DNA from: Patescibacteria group bacterium | GTDB taxonomy: Bacteria > Patescibacteriota > Gracilibacteria > UBA4473 | Length of the DNA: 64,000 nucleotides | Assembly (NCBI GenBank): GCA_965660445.1 | Contig: CBFIAK010000001.1 | Span: forward strand, 256,001 to 320,000 | Reading direction: 5' to 3' | Shown here: positions 62,295 through 64,000 of the stretch, in pieces | Layout: the number at the start of each line of letters is the position of its first letter | Position numbering within the stretch: the first letter of the stretch is position 1 | Notes under the pieces: generated by a model | Seen by the model: the letters and a program-made list of their open reading frames with translations, nothing else | Told to the model about the DNA's origin: nothing | The model's database searches: none | Program-made: the position numbers and the translations under genes

Positions 62295-62724
62295 AACAAC
62301 ATTAAGACAGAACGTACAAAATACAGACCGAACATGGTTTGTTGTGGATGCAGAAGGGCAAACTTTAGGTCGCCTTTCGGTAGCTATTGCGAATGCTCTT
62401 CGAGGGCGAAATCGCGCTGATTTTACTCCTCATGTTGATGGAGGTGATTATGTTGTTGTTGTGAATACTGAAAAAATAAAACTTACTGGTAAAAAAGAAG
62501 ACCAAAAAAATTATTACCGACATTCTGGGTATCTCGGGAACTTGAAATCTCGATCGGCATCTGAAATGCGATCACGAAACCCACGAAAAATTATTGAGTC
62601 GTCTGTGTATGGAATGCTTCCAAATACAAAGTTGAGAGATCAACAAATGAAACGATTATTGCTTGTGATTGGAAACGAAAATCCTCATATGGCACAAAAA
62701 CCTGAACCTTTACCTTTTGTATAA
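62287..62724 (+). CDS. rplM: 50S ribosomal protein L13
   Basis: WFVVDA.G.TLGRL, TPHVD.GD.V, HSGY.G, GMLP. Confidence 0.97.
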   Translation: MHKTTLRQNVQNTDRTWFVVDAEGQTLGRLSVAIANALRGRNRADFTPHVDGGDYVVVVNTEKIKLTGKKEDQKNYYRHSGYLGNLKSRSASEMRSRNPRKIIESSVYGMLPNTKLRDQQMKRLLLVIGNENPHMAQKPEPLPFV

Positions 62725-62729
62725 TTATC

Positions 62730-63128
62730 ATGAAAGAAAAACCTTATTTTTACGCTGTCGGAAAACGGAAAACTGCACGAGCTACGGTGAAAGTATTTTT
62801 TGCTGGAAGCGGTGACTGCACAGTCAATGAACAAAAACTGCATCAATGGGCAGATGATCGATCAATGACGGTCAGCGCACTTCAACCATTAGAAGTTTTA
62901 GGACTTAAAAAAGATGTGGATATTGTTGTCCGTACTTCTGGAGGTGGAAAAAAAGCACAAGCCAGTTCTATCTCTTTAGGAATTGCACGAGCTTTATCAA
63001 AAAAAGATCCAGAATTTAAGCACCAATTAAAAGAGTTTGGTCTTTTGACACGAGATTCTCGAGTAAAAGAACGAAAGAAACCAGGACTCAAACGAGCACG
63101 ACGAGCACCACAGTGGTCAAAACGGTAA
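62730..63128 (+). CDS. rpsI: 30S ribosomal protein S9
   Basis: GKRKTA.A, GGG...Q, LTRD.R.KERKKPGL..AR.APQWSKR. Confidence 0.98.
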   Translation: MKEKPYFYAVGKRKTARATVKVFFAGSGDCTVNEQKLHQWADDRSMTVSALQPLEVLGLKKDVDIVVRTSGGGKKAQASSISLGIARALSKKDPEFKHQLKEFGLLTRDSRVKERKKPGLKRARRAPQWSKR

Positions 63129-63131
63129 CAG

Positions 63132-63161
63132 AAAAAAAACGCACATTACGTGCGTTTTTTT
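63132..63161. terminator. Bidirectional intrinsic terminator
   Basis: AAAAAAAACGCAC-ATTAC-GTGCGTTTTTTT. Confidence 0.75.
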
Positions 63162-64000
63162 AATAGACTATGAGGAAATAAGTTTTGCAGCTGGTCACTG
63201 ATATTTACTGTTGGTTTCGGAACAGGGATGAATAATGATCGACTTGGATCGTGAATATTCCATTCTGTGCGAAGATACGATATCCATTGTTCATCTTGTG
63301 CCCACGAAGATTCGGTAAATGTTTTATGCGATATGATTTCGAGATTATTGGTTTGAATGTATTCGGTTTGTGTTTTCAGAGAATCAATTATTTCTTGGGA
63401 AATAAGAGAGAAAGATATAGGTCGTAATAGCTCATCAACTCGATTGTTTCGGTGTTTCCGAAGAATAAGTTCTATGAGACTTCCGCTCATAACGGTTTTA
63501 AAATGTTCTTCTACAAGATAGTCTTCATAGACCATGCTTTCTCCTGGATATATACGAGAATCAAGAGGGATCCGTGATGCGATAAGTTCCTTTTCATAGG
63601 ATTTCAAGGTTCCATATTGTTCTTCTAATATGCTTTGAGCACTTTGTATGTCTGTTGTTGTATTGTGAATGAAAAACTGTTTTTTTCCAGCTATAAAAGC
63701 AACATGTGTTTGGGGTAAGATATTTGAAAGACCAAGAATTTCTTCTTTGTGGGCTGAGTATCTATAGACCATTCCTAAAACACCAATAGGATATTCTTGT
63801 GCATCTAAAAATTCATAGAAAGAAGAAAAATGGTCTCCGCGTTGACTTGATTTTCCCCAAGGGAAATTAAGGTTTTGGGTTCTATATACCTCAGATTTCG
63901 GTATTTGCCATGCGAGAGTGAGGTGTTTTTTGTTTGCTGGGTGTAATTGCATGTCCCAAGCATTTCCATAAATAGGTTTTCCAAATCGCGTTAAAAACAT
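63146..64000 (-). CDS. Hypothetical protein (may extend beyond the window)
   Basis: Open frame of 284 aa reaching the window edge; no recognised motif. Confidence 0.65.
   Translation of the reverse strand: MFLTRFGKPIYGNAWDMQLHPANKKHLTLAWQIPKSEVYRTQNLNFPWGKSSQRGDHFSSFYEFLDAQEYPIGVLGMVYRYSAHKEEILGLSNILPQTHVAFIAGKKQFFIHNTTTDIQSAQSILEEQYGTLKSYEKELIASRIPLDSRIYPGESMVYEDYLVEEHFKTVMSGSLIELILRKHRNNRVDELLRPISFSLISQEIIDSLKTQTEYIQTNNLEIISHKTFTESSWAQDEQWISYLRTEWNIHDPSRSLFIPVPKPTVNISDQLQNLFPHSLLKKRT

Overview
AT-rich chromosomal segment from what looks like a Patescibacteria/CPR bacterium (Gracilibacteria/Peregrinibacteria-like). That assignment is inferred from the divergent 23S rRNA, the near-absence of Shine-Dalgarno motifs and the style of the orphan proteins. 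It uses the standard code 11, with TGA as stop. Most genes are housekeeping: two separated pieces of the ribosomal-protein superoperon, thrS/tyrS/aspS/ileS, rpmH-rnpA-yidC, recA, a 23S-5S unit with no 16S, three tRNAs, and a fermentation/oxidative-stress block (2-oxoacid:ferredoxin oxidoreductase, D-hydroxyacid dehydrogenase, GDH, SOD, MsrAB, CrtI-like). The most notable items are: (1) an archaeal-type pgk2-cpgS cyclic 2,3-diphosphoglycerate operon, followed directly by an unexplained ~440 nt hairpin-dense non-coding region; (2) four mosaic, module-shuffled BIME/REP-like repeat elements, each between convergent genes; (3) inosine-free Arg decoding by tRNA-Arg(GCG) plus tRNA-Arg(UCG); (4) an IleRS2 with two inserted histidine-phosphatase domains behind a T-box-like leader; (5) apparently catalytically degenerate MurI and Lgt homologues; (6) a PAP2 phosphatase-polyprenol kinase fusion; (7) a type B L36 at the canonical rpmJ site. 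All assignments come from reading motifs by eye; no database searches were run.
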